The notes beneath the pieces were generated by a model, which was not told the DNA's origin, searched no databases, and worked only from the letters and a program-made list of their open reading frames with translations. Shown here piece by piece: positions 1 to 8,368 of a DNA stretch of 64,000 nucleotides. The stretch is from Candidatus Latescibacterota bacterium (GTDB lineage Bacteria; Latescibacterota; UBA2968; UBA8231), in the NCBI GenBank assembly GCA_965217585.1, contig OZ244561.1:4384001-4448000 (forward strand). Direction: 5' to 3'. The number at the start of each line of letters is the position of its first letter. The stretch's first letter is position 1. Position numbers and translations under genes: made by a program.

Positions 1-2402
1 TCGAGCTGGTCTCGGTCGAAGTAGTGGATGCCCTGCGCCAAGCGCATATCCGTGGCGAATTCCGATTCGGGATACTGGTCTAGGACTCGGCCAAATACCT
101 CGACCGCTTCATCCCCCCGCCCCAAACGCGAGAGGGCGTCCCCCAAAACGAAGTACGCACGCTCTCTGAGTAGGATGGTCTGACCGGGGCCCAATTCGTC
201 GGCAAAGGACAAACCGAGCACTCGCCGGGCAAGGCGGACGGTCTGCCCGTAGTCGTCGCGCTCGTAGTACAGATCCATCATGCGGCCCAAGATTTCGGCC
301 TGCTCCTCCGGGGTCTCGGCATTGGTCACCATATCGTCGAGGACCTGTATGGCCTCGCCGCCCCGGTCCTGTTTCAGGTAGGATAGGGACAGAGCGTTTT
401 CCGCCGAGCGCACTTTCTCTGGGTCTTCGACATGGTCAATGATCCATCTGAAGTCCTCCTCGGCCAGGGAGTAGTTTTCCACGACAAAGGCCGTATTCCC
501 CCGGCTGAAGCGCAACGCTTCTTCCAGCCTGCTGCCGCCCCGGACGTGCTCGAGGGCCTGCGAAAAGTGGTCGATGGACCGCGGGTACGCCCCCTCACCG
601 CTATGCGCCTGTCCTATCAGATAGTGGAAACTAGCTCGCTGGCCAGCGTCGGCCCGCTCCAGACCCGCTATTAGGACTGGAATGGCCTCGGTTAACTGGC
701 CCTGGGTCACCAGGGTATGGCCGCTGCCCAGCCGCGCTCGGGCAAAATGGGGCGACTCTGGGTCGACGGCCAAAAGAGCCTGGATGGCTCCATCTGGATC
801 GCCCAAAGCTTGGCGAGCCAAGGCCAAGCGCATATAGGCGTCGGCGGCGTAATCGCTTTCCGGGAAGCGGTCCAACAATTGCCGCGCCCGCTGTGCTGCC
901 GCCTCGTATTCGCCGCGTCCGTAGTACAGTTCGCCCAATTGCACCAAGGCGCGCTGCACATAGCCCCGGTCGCGTCCTTCCCCGACAATGGCTTCAAAAG
1001 TGCTCTGAGCCCGGTCGAGAGCCTCCTGACCACCCTGCGACTGGTGCGCTAGGGCGCGATTGAAACGGGCGTCCAAGCCATAGGGCGAGCCCTCATCGCT
1101 CAGCACGGTATCGTATTGGGCGATGGCCCGATCGAGCAAGTCGCTGGCACCGGCTTGGTCGTCCTCGCCCAGCCGCGCCTGGGCCATCTGCTGGTACGCG
1201 CTGCCGATGCGATAGCGCACCCGTTCGAGCGAAAAACCCGCGCCGCCGGCAATATCGCCATAGCCCCGGAGATAGATGCGGTATTCCTGGATCGCCTGCT
1301 CATATTGGCCGCGGGCGAAGAGGCGCTCGGCCAAGGCATATTGAATGCGCGCCCTCAGGGTGCGATCGGTCGATTGGTCAATGGCCTCGCGGTACGTCTG
1401 CAGGGCCGTCGCCAGATCGCCCTGCTCTTGGTAGAGATCGGCCATGCGCAAATAGGCCTCTTCGACCAGACGGCGCTCCGTGCTAAAGAGGGCGATCACC
1501 CGCCGATAGGCCGCCAGCCCCTCGTCGTACCGCCCCAGCTTGGTGAAACAATTGCCCACGCGAATCTCGGCCTTGGCCGCCAGCTCCAGCGCGGTTTCGT
1601 CGACCAGACCGGCCAGTTTCTCCCGCCGCATCTGATTGAGTTGCTCTTCGGTGAGTTCCTCGATGCGCTGGCCTTTGACTAGGCGGCGGTAGTGTTCAAT
1701 GGCCTGTAAGTACTCGCCCTGTTCCTGATAGGATTCACCTATCTGAAAGAGGCTGCGGTCGGCTTGGTAACCCGTGGGATAGAGTTCGAGCAACTCTTTG
1801 AAGGCGGCAATCGCCCGGGTGTAGTTCTGCATTTCGTAAAAGGCCCAGCCCCGGTTATAATAGCCGCCCACGGCTCGCGGCTCGCCCGGATAGGCCGCGA
1901 TCATGGCGTCGGCGGCCTCAATCACTTCGAGGTAGCGCCCGGCTTCAAAGTACAGATCGACCAGCCGGCCAAAGGCCTGGACGCGCAACACCTGGTTGGC
2001 GGCCGTTTCGCTGACCTGGCGGAAGGCCCTCACCGAGCGGGCAAAGGCGCTGTCGGCCTGCGCCTGAAAGCCCTCTCGGCGCTCCGGATCGCGCGCCTCC
2101 CCGGCAAAGCGGGAAAAATCGGTGAAGAGCTTGCTGTAAGCATTGCCAATCTGGTAATTGGCGGCTTCCAGCACGGGAAAACTCTCCGATCCCACGCTCA
2201 CCGAGATCTTCTGTGTATCGAGCAAGCGGCTGCGCACCTGCAGGACTTCCTCATAGCGGACAATGGCCTGATCGTACGCGCCCTCGGCGTAAAATGCCTG
2301 GGCGTCGCGGAAGGAAGCCACCAAATCGTCCCGGTTCGGGGTGCGCGCGGCAAACTGCGTCCCGAGGACCGTGACCAGAGCTAGGACAAGGACGAGATTC
2401 AT
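1..2402 (-). CDS. Large secreted tetratricopeptide-repeat protein (3' end runs off the window)
   Basis: ATG at 2402 with GGAGG upstream; N-terminus MNLVLVLALVTVLG is signal-like; TPR-type segments at both ends of the same frame (AQAFYAEGAYDQAIVRYEEVL; EAVEVFGRVLDQYPESEF). Absent from the ORF track, consistent with no stop inside the window. Confidence 0.85.
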   Translation of the reverse strand, partial: MNLVLVLALVTVLGTQFAARTPNRDDLVASFRDAQAFYAEGAYDQAIVRYEEVLQVRSRLLDTQKISVSVGSESFPVLEAANYQIGNAYSKLFTDFSRFAGEARDPERREGFQAQADSAFARSVRAFRQVSETAANQVLRVQAFGRLVDLYFEAGRYLEVIEAADAMIAAYPGEPRAVGGYYNRGWAFYEMQNYTRAIAAFKELLELYPTGYQADRSLFQIGESYQEQGEYLQAIEHYRRLVKGQRIEELTEEQLNQMRREKLAGLVDETALELAAKAEIRVGNCFTKLGRYDEGLAAYRRVIALFSTERRLVEEAYLRMADLYQEQGDLATALQTYREAIDQSTDRTLRARIQYALAERLFARGQYEQAIQEYRIYLRGYGDIAGGAGFSLERVRYRIGSAYQQMAQARLGEDDQAGASDLLDRAIAQYDTVLSDEGSPYGLDARFNRALAHQSQGGQEALDRAQSTFEAIVGEGRDRGYVQRALVQLGELYYGRGEYEAAAQRARQLLDRFPESDYAADAYMRLALARQALGDPDGAIQALLAVDPESPHFARARLGSGHTLVTQGQLTEAIPVLIAGLERADAGQRASFHYLIGQAHSGEGAYPRSIDHFSQALEHVRGGSRLEEALRFSRGNTAFVVENYSLAEEDFRWIIDHVEDPEKVRSAENALSLSYLKQDRGGEAIQVLDDMVTNAETPEEQAEILGRMMDLYYERDDYGQTVRLARRVLGLSFADELGPGQTILLRERAYFVLGDALSRLGRGDEAVEVFGRVLDQYPESEFATDMRLAQGIHYFDRDQL

Positions 2403-2436
2403 GTGCCGATGCCTCCTGTGGAAAAGTAAAAGCTCA

Positions 2437-5400
2437 TCACTCGTATTCAAATCCCAGAATCACATTTATATAGGCGGCGATAAATTCCACATTGGCCTCG
2501 TCAGCCACATCCAGATCGTCGAACTCCTTGACGCGGCGGCGGAGACCCATATTGGTCGAGATCAGATAGCCGAAGTACTTTGAATCGTTGGTCACCATAA
2601 ACACAATATCGCTCTGCTCGAAGTCCCGGCGCGCGTCGGCCAGATCGTTCACGCTGTAGGGGAGCAGCGACCCCAGTCCCTGGACGCCGAGTTGGAATCG
2701 GGTTCGGCTGGTCAGGCGGTACTCCAGCTTGGTCAGCGGGATCAGATTGCGCTCGTGCAGGGTGGGCAACTCCAGGCTGCGTCGCCACTCTTTGAGGTAG
2801 CGGAATTTGAAACCGGCGAAAAGGGTCAACTGATCGGCCAGCGGCCAAGTATAGTCGACCTTGTGCACCATGGCCCAGCGGCTCAGACGCTCGCTCTCTT
2901 GGAAGGTGCCGTCGAAGAGTTCGCCCTCGCGCTGGGCATTGATCTCGTACTTGACTTTATTGCGCATATTGAGCCGGGGGATCGCATTCCAACGGGCGTC
3001 GGTGAAAAAGCGCAAATATCTGCTGGCCTTGAAGAGCAGTGGATCATAGCGCTCCTCTTCGACAAAGGGGGCGAGCTGGATATTGCGCTGGAAGCCCGGG
3101 AAATCGAGTTCGAATAGTTCGGCCGTGGTCAGCACCCGGTCGCTGTACACGCTCAGCGGATCCTCCACCCCGTCCTCAACTTCCTCCAGCGAGGCAACGG
3201 CAAAAAACTGGCCCACCGCCGGTACTTTGCGCCAGTAGGTCAAGCGGGTGTAGAGTACGTCGCTGGGGGCCCCGCCGGCATTCTGTGCGGCATCCATCAA
3301 GCCCACGGACCAAGTCAGACCGGGCGCTGGGTTGAACTGGCCGTACACGTGCAGCCCGCGCAAGTCGGGATCGTACGGATAATCCGGGTCGGTGTCGTTC
3401 TCGCGCGCGTCGAGGAAGTCGTTGTGGTTCATGTCGAGGTCGTAGTCGTAGACCTGGGCGTCGACATCGTACATGAGGAAGGGCTCGATATCGTCCGGCG
3501 TGCCGTTGATGTTCTTGTTCTGGTCTGGATAGCCGTCGTGGTCCTCGTCCAGGCCCGGGAAAATGCCGTCGATGTCGGACTGGCCCAGGAAGAACATGCC
3601 CGGACTGGCGTGGTTGGTGTACCAGCTATCGGGGAAGCGATCGTTGTCGTCGTTGTCCTCGACCAACCGGTGGATGAGGGCGTCGTTCTGGGTGATCAGA
3701 CTCCCCGTACAGCAACCTTCGTCGCGGCCGATAAAAGAGCGCAGCTCAGTATTGTAGTGCGGCCCGATAGAAAAGTATTCGCCGCCGAAGCCCCACAGCG
3801 GAAAGTCGCGCTTCACCGTGACGTAGAAGGCGTTGTCGCTGATAGTGCCGCGCTTGCCGGGACGCACCTCGCGGTCGAGGGCGTTGATGCTGAGCGCGTC
3901 CCTGGGCACCCGCACCCCGGGAGGACCGCTCACGTACTGGGAATAGCTGTTGCTGCGGGCGAATTCGGCGTTGATCTCAAAACCCTTGAGCACGCCGTAC
4001 ACATTGGCGCTGTACAGGCGCACCCCTGTGGGCGTGCCGGCCCGGACCCGCACCCGCTCGACCGGCTCCTGCGGCGATGGCGTGCCGTCGGCCCGCGCCA
4101 CCGTGCGGAAGAAGGAGGCATAGCGGTACTTGTCGCGGTAATTCGAGTCGGGCTCGTTGGGCTGTATACCCCCGATATCGATCTCCGACAGTTCGACGTG
4201 GTAATCGCCCGAGATGAACAGGTCGACGTCGACCGACTCGATCCACTCGCCAAAGGGCTCCAGATCGACGTAGAGAATGCCGTACTCCCGGCCGTCAAAG
4301 GCCTGCGGCAGATCGGCCCGGGTGTGCAGACCGAGAAACTGTCCATCGGGGTTTTCCGCGCTGCGCTCGGCCTCTTCGTGGGCGAACTGCTCGTGCACGG
4401 TGATGGGGTCTTCGTCCTCGCGCTCGGCGTTGATCGCGTAGTCCGGGCCGAACAACTTGAAGTCGCGGTAGTAGAGGTGGGCGATCCAGAAGGGGAACTC
4501 GTAGCCCCGGTAATAGACATCCGCGTCAAAGGCCGCGTAATTAATGTACGGGTCGTACGTGCTAGCGATGGCACCCCGGTTGATCGACTGGTAGTCGTTG
4601 CCGGTGCGGGGAAGGGGCTTGCGCTCGCCCGAACGGAGCAGATCCTGGGCGTAGGGCTGGCGCTCGGCCCCGCGCGTATCCAAGCGGACGATGAAGGGCT
4701 CGAGTTCTGGCTGTAACTCGCCGTTGACATATACGTCCACTCGGTGCAGCACCGCCCCGGTCACCCCCAGGCCGGGGGCGTCGTCGGCAATGCGGATGGC
4801 CAGCAGGGCCGGGGCGTTCTGGGCCGCCCCAGCCACCCCTTTGAAGGACAGGTCGTTGCTCGACATCAGCGGCTCGAATTGGTGGGCGTTGACAAAAGTG
4901 CCGCCAAAGTGGAGAAAACCCACTTGGCGCTCGTAGTGCGCCCCGCCGATGAGAGCACCGGGGATGACCCCGCCGCCGCCCGTGTGGCGGTTTCTCGAAA
5001 TCAGGGCCGAGAAACTGTCCCGCCCGGTGCCCATGTCGAACCGCAAACCGTCGAGATTGGCCATCTTGAAGGTCAGGGGCGTAAATTTGGTGCGAATCTC
5101 ATTGGCCCAGATGACCTTGGCCTGCCAAGCGTCGGTGCCGTCCGTGCCCACAATGACATTGTTGAACAGCCGTCCAAAGGCGACCCCGGCCTGACCGTGG
5201 CTCCCCCCTTCGCCTATGGAGGAGAATCCGCGCTGGGCGCCCAGTCCCCGGCGCTCCCGCCAGTTGACCGAGTTCGAGCCGTAGATGAGGAAATCTCCTA
5301 AATCGCTGTAATAGGGCCGCAGCGTATTGGTAAAGGGTGGCAGCCGGGGGTATTCGGCAAAGCCGTAATTCTGGTAGAGCGTCTCGTCGTAGCGCCCCAC

Positions 5401-5565
5401 AAAGCTCTGGTCGGGCATGAGCCGCTGCGGCCCCAAGGTGGGCTGCTCTGGGGTGTCTTCTGCCGACTGGGCCCCCAAACCCCCGGCCAGCAGCAGGGCC
5501 GCCCCCAGCCACGCACAGGCGAGCTTGGCCAATTGGTCAATGCCGATGATCACTTGCCGTCTCAT
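2437..5565 (-). CDS. Large secreted/outer-membrane protein of unknown function, paralogue 1 (Asp-rich TSP3-like loop, barrel-like C-terminus)
   Basis: 1042-aa ORF with signal peptide; motifs RTKFTPLT, VEDNDDNDRFPD, DGIFPGLDEDHDGYPD and RENDTDPDYPYD shared with the next two genes; alternating hydrophobic strands at the C-terminus. Confidence 0.8.
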   Translation of the reverse strand: MRRQVIIGIDQLAKLACAWLGAALLLAGGLGAQSAEDTPEQPTLGPQRLMPDQSFVGRYDETLYQNYGFAEYPRLPPFTNTLRPYYSDLGDFLIYGSNSVNWRERRGLGAQRGFSSIGEGGSHGQAGVAFGRLFNNVIVGTDGTDAWQAKVIWANEIRTKFTPLTFKMANLDGLRFDMGTGRDSFSALISRNRHTGGGGVIPGALIGGAHYERQVGFLHFGGTFVNAHQFEPLMSSNDLSFKGVAGAAQNAPALLAIRIADDAPGLGVTGAVLHRVDVYVNGELQPELEPFIVRLDTRGAERQPYAQDLLRSGERKPLPRTGNDYQSINRGAIASTYDPYINYAAFDADVYYRGYEFPFWIAHLYYRDFKLFGPDYAINAEREDEDPITVHEQFAHEEAERSAENPDGQFLGLHTRADLPQAFDGREYGILYVDLEPFGEWIESVDVDLFISGDYHVELSEIDIGGIQPNEPDSNYRDKYRYASFFRTVARADGTPSPQEPVERVRVRAGTPTGVRLYSANVYGVLKGFEINAEFARSNSYSQYVSGPPGVRVPRDALSINALDREVRPGKRGTISDNAFYVTVKRDFPLWGFGGEYFSIGPHYNTELRSFIGRDEGCCTGSLITQNDALIHRLVEDNDDNDRFPDSWYTNHASPGMFFLGQSDIDGIFPGLDEDHDGYPDQNKNINGTPDDIEPFLMYDVDAQVYDYDLDMNHNDFLDARENDTDPDYPYDPDLRGLHVYGQFNPAPGLTWSVGLMDAAQNAGGAPSDVLYTRLTYWRKVPAVGQFFAVASLEEVEDGVEDPLSVYSDRVLTTAELFELDFPGFQRNIQLAPFVEEERYDPLLFKASRYLRFFTDARWNAIPRLNMRNKVKYEINAQREGELFDGTFQESERLSRWAMVHKVDYTWPLADQLTLFAGFKFRYLKEWRRSLELPTLHERNLIPLTKLEYRLTSRTRFQLGVQGLGSLLPYSVNDLADARRDFEQSDIVFMVTNDSKYFGYLISTNMGLRRRVKEFDDLDVADEANVEFIAAYINVILGFEYE

Positions 5566-5566
5566 A

Positions 5567-8368
5567 TCAAAACAGGGGTCTCAGGCCGGCGATCATGCGC
5601 AGGAAAACGCGCGAAAAGTCGATACCCTGGTCGTGGCGCGACCGGTCCTTGAACTTGCGTGTGCTCCTCTGATAACCCACTTCGACATTGATCTGGTAGC
5701 CCGTGTACGAGGATTTGTTGGTCACCAAGGCCACGTAGTCCTCCCCGTCGAAATCCGCTCCCGGAGCCGCCTTGTTGCGATACAGGCTCTTGAGAAAGGG
5801 CAAACCCTGGGTGCCCACCTTCACGGAGGTGCGTTTCGAAATCGGGTACTCCATCCGCAAGATGGGATAGACGAAGTCCTCTTCAATCGGCAGTACTTGG
5901 CCCTCGTCGTCGAGGCGCTGGCGCAACCACTTGAACTGCAGCATCACCCCCAACTGCTTCCACGGCATCCACAGATAATCGGCCTTGAAGACCGTGGCCA
6001 GATCGGCGATGCGGTTGTCCGGCTGGAGGGGCGTGCGGCGCTGGAAGTTATTTTCCGACTTCAGGCTCACCTCGACATTGAGATTGGACACGCGGATGAA
6101 GCGGGTGCGCATATAGAAGGTATTGACCCAACTATCGCGCATCAGCAGTGGATCGACCAGCAGCCGCGATGTGCCCAGCGGATGGCGCAATTCCTCCTGG
6201 GTGGGCAGGCGCAAGGGGATTATATCCGGGGTGAAGTATATGGGATCGCGCCCCAGGCCAAAGACTTCGTCCGCAATCTCGTCCCGCACCCTCTTGAGCC
6301 GCTCGACAGCGTAGATCTCAACCAGGAAGGGCAGGCGGCGTTCGTGCTCGTAGCGGCCGTAGTACACTTCGGCCTGATCGCCGCCAAAGGGCGCCCAGGT
6401 CCGGTGGTAGCCCAGGGTCACTTTCATGCCCGAACGCGGCCGGTAGCTACCAAAGCCGTGCAGCCCTCGTCGGTCCTGGTCGTACGGGTAATCGGGCTTC
6501 AAATCGTCTTCGCGCTCGTCGATGACGCCGTTGTTATTGGTATCTTCGCCGTAGTCGTACGCGTCGGGATTGACCCCGTAGAGCAGGAAGGCTTCGTAGT
6601 AGTCTGGGATGCGGTTGTTGTTCTCGTTGATATCGGGCCGGCCATTCAAATCGGCGTCGAGTCCAGGGAAGATGCCGTCGGGATCCTCGATGAAACGCCC
6701 GCCCGCCAGGCTGGTGGTTTTACGCAGGAAAAAGGTGTCGGGGAAGGGGTCTTTGTCGTCGTTGTCGTCCACTGTATCAAATTCGAGGGTGCGGGTGGCG
6801 TCGGCCCGGTTGGGGCCGAGGAAATCCGGCAGTCTGGGCTCCTGGAAATTGGTGGGGAACTGGAAGGGGCTGTTGATCAACTGGAAATAGGTCTGGTACG
6901 AGTCATCCTGCACGGACAGGCGGGTGGTGTACTCAGCGTCTATGTTAAAGGCTTCGCCGCCCAAACTGAAGCGCCCGAGATCGCGCCGCAGTACGGCGAA
7001 CCAAGCCTGGCTCTGATCGAGCTGGTGCCGGCCCAGGGTGCCCAGCAGGGCCGGATAGGCGCGGTACGAGAAATTGCGCACGTACTCAGTCCGCAGCGAG
7101 TACCCCTTGATGTCTATATTGGCATGCACGCTAGCTAGGGTGCGCCCGGTCTCCCGGCCGTAGCGCACTCGCACTCGGCGGAAATTGTCGAGGTTGTCGG
7201 GCTTGCCCTGCGCCTGCCCGGCGGGGTAGAAATAGGTCGCGGGGTTAAAAGAGGCCCCATCGAATATCTCCGACAATTCGAGCAGATAATCCCCGGCCAC
7301 GTCGATCTCTATAGCGGCTTTGTTGACGATGAGGGTATCGAGCCCGTCGATAAAGGAGGAAGGCACCTGGAACCAGAACAGCAGCGACCCCTCGCCCCGA
7401 GTTTCATAAACTCCCTGCGGGGTCGGCTCGATGTGTGGAAAGTTGATGGCTAGGTCGTTGCTCGAGTCGCGGAAAATCGGCGGAATGATGGTGCGGTCCG
7501 GGTGTTCGGTGACCGTGAGTCGCAACGCGCCCGTGTCGAGTTTGTTGTAGGGTCCGAGCACGTGCTCCAAGCGGCGGCCGTTGAGCGCGACGCCCGCCCT
7601 GCGGACCCGCACGCCGATGGCGTCGTTGGGGTCTTGGTCGGCCACGCGCAACACCAGCCACAGGGGGGGAGCCCCGGTGGTGGGCAGGGTCCCTTTGAAG
7701 CTGTTCTCGCCGAGCGTCTTAAAACTGTCGGTGCGGTACTGGTTGACCCAGCTCACGCCCAGATCCAGGCCCGGCCGCTTGGTGCGCAGGTCGGCGCCCA
7801 GCAAATAGGTACTCCACGACGGCCTGAACTGCGAACCCTCGCGGCCGTGGACCACGAAGTCAGCATTTCTGATGGCCTCGAAAATGGGTCGATCGACGCG
7901 CGATACAGCCAGCACCAGCGAGGCGTTCTTGAAGTTGCTGTCCACCCGGAGCCCGTTCATAGCCGCCAAGTCGAGGGTCAGCGGAGTGAATTTGGTGCGG
8001 ATGCGATCGCCGATAATCAGGCGGGTGTCCACGCCTTTGTACGAGTCGTTGGCAATGACTAGGCGATTGAGAAAATCACCGTATTGCCGCTCCTTGCCGA
8101 TGATGCTTCCGGGCGTGGTCTGCAAGGTGCGGAATTCCTGCAGTTCAAAGACATTGACCCCGTTCATCACGAACTGCCCCATATTGTCGAACTGCGGCGT
8201 GCGATCGCGGCCGAATACCAGACTCTCATACGGCCGGTATCCCTCGTACGCATAGTTGCGGTACGGCTCGGTGTTGCGGATGATCAACTGGGCATCCACT
8301 GCCGCGCCGCACGCTAGGGCCAGGGCCAGGAAGGCTAGATGTCGGTTCGCGCCGCGCATATCAGCCAA
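5567..8368 (-). CDS. Large secreted/outer-membrane protein of unknown function, paralogue 2
   Basis: 933-aa ORF with signal peptide; motifs RTKFTPLT, VDDNDDKDPFPD, DGIFPGLDADLNGRPD, REDDLKPDYPYD; ends in F; start overlaps the upstream gene by 8 bp. Confidence 0.8.
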   Translation of the reverse strand: MADMRGANRHLAFLALALACGAAVDAQLIIRNTEPYRNYAYEGYRPYESLVFGRDRTPQFDNMGQFVMNGVNVFELQEFRTLQTTPGSIIGKERQYGDFLNRLVIANDSYKGVDTRLIIGDRIRTKFTPLTLDLAAMNGLRVDSNFKNASLVLAVSRVDRPIFEAIRNADFVVHGREGSQFRPSWSTYLLGADLRTKRPGLDLGVSWVNQYRTDSFKTLGENSFKGTLPTTGAPPLWLVLRVADQDPNDAIGVRVRRAGVALNGRRLEHVLGPYNKLDTGALRLTVTEHPDRTIIPPIFRDSSNDLAINFPHIEPTPQGVYETRGEGSLLFWFQVPSSFIDGLDTLIVNKAAIEIDVAGDYLLELSEIFDGASFNPATYFYPAGQAQGKPDNLDNFRRVRVRYGRETGRTLASVHANIDIKGYSLRTEYVRNFSYRAYPALLGTLGRHQLDQSQAWFAVLRRDLGRFSLGGEAFNIDAEYTTRLSVQDDSYQTYFQLINSPFQFPTNFQEPRLPDFLGPNRADATRTLEFDTVDDNDDKDPFPDTFFLRKTTSLAGGRFIEDPDGIFPGLDADLNGRPDINENNNRIPDYYEAFLLYGVNPDAYDYGEDTNNNGVIDEREDDLKPDYPYDQDRRGLHGFGSYRPRSGMKVTLGYHRTWAPFGGDQAEVYYGRYEHERRLPFLVEIYAVERLKRVRDEIADEVFGLGRDPIYFTPDIIPLRLPTQEELRHPLGTSRLLVDPLLMRDSWVNTFYMRTRFIRVSNLNVEVSLKSENNFQRRTPLQPDNRIADLATVFKADYLWMPWKQLGVMLQFKWLRQRLDDEGQVLPIEEDFVYPILRMEYPISKRTSVKVGTQGLPFLKSLYRNKAAPGADFDGEDYVALVTNKSSYTGYQINVEVGYQRSTRKFKDRSRHDQGIDFSRVFLRMIAGLRPLF

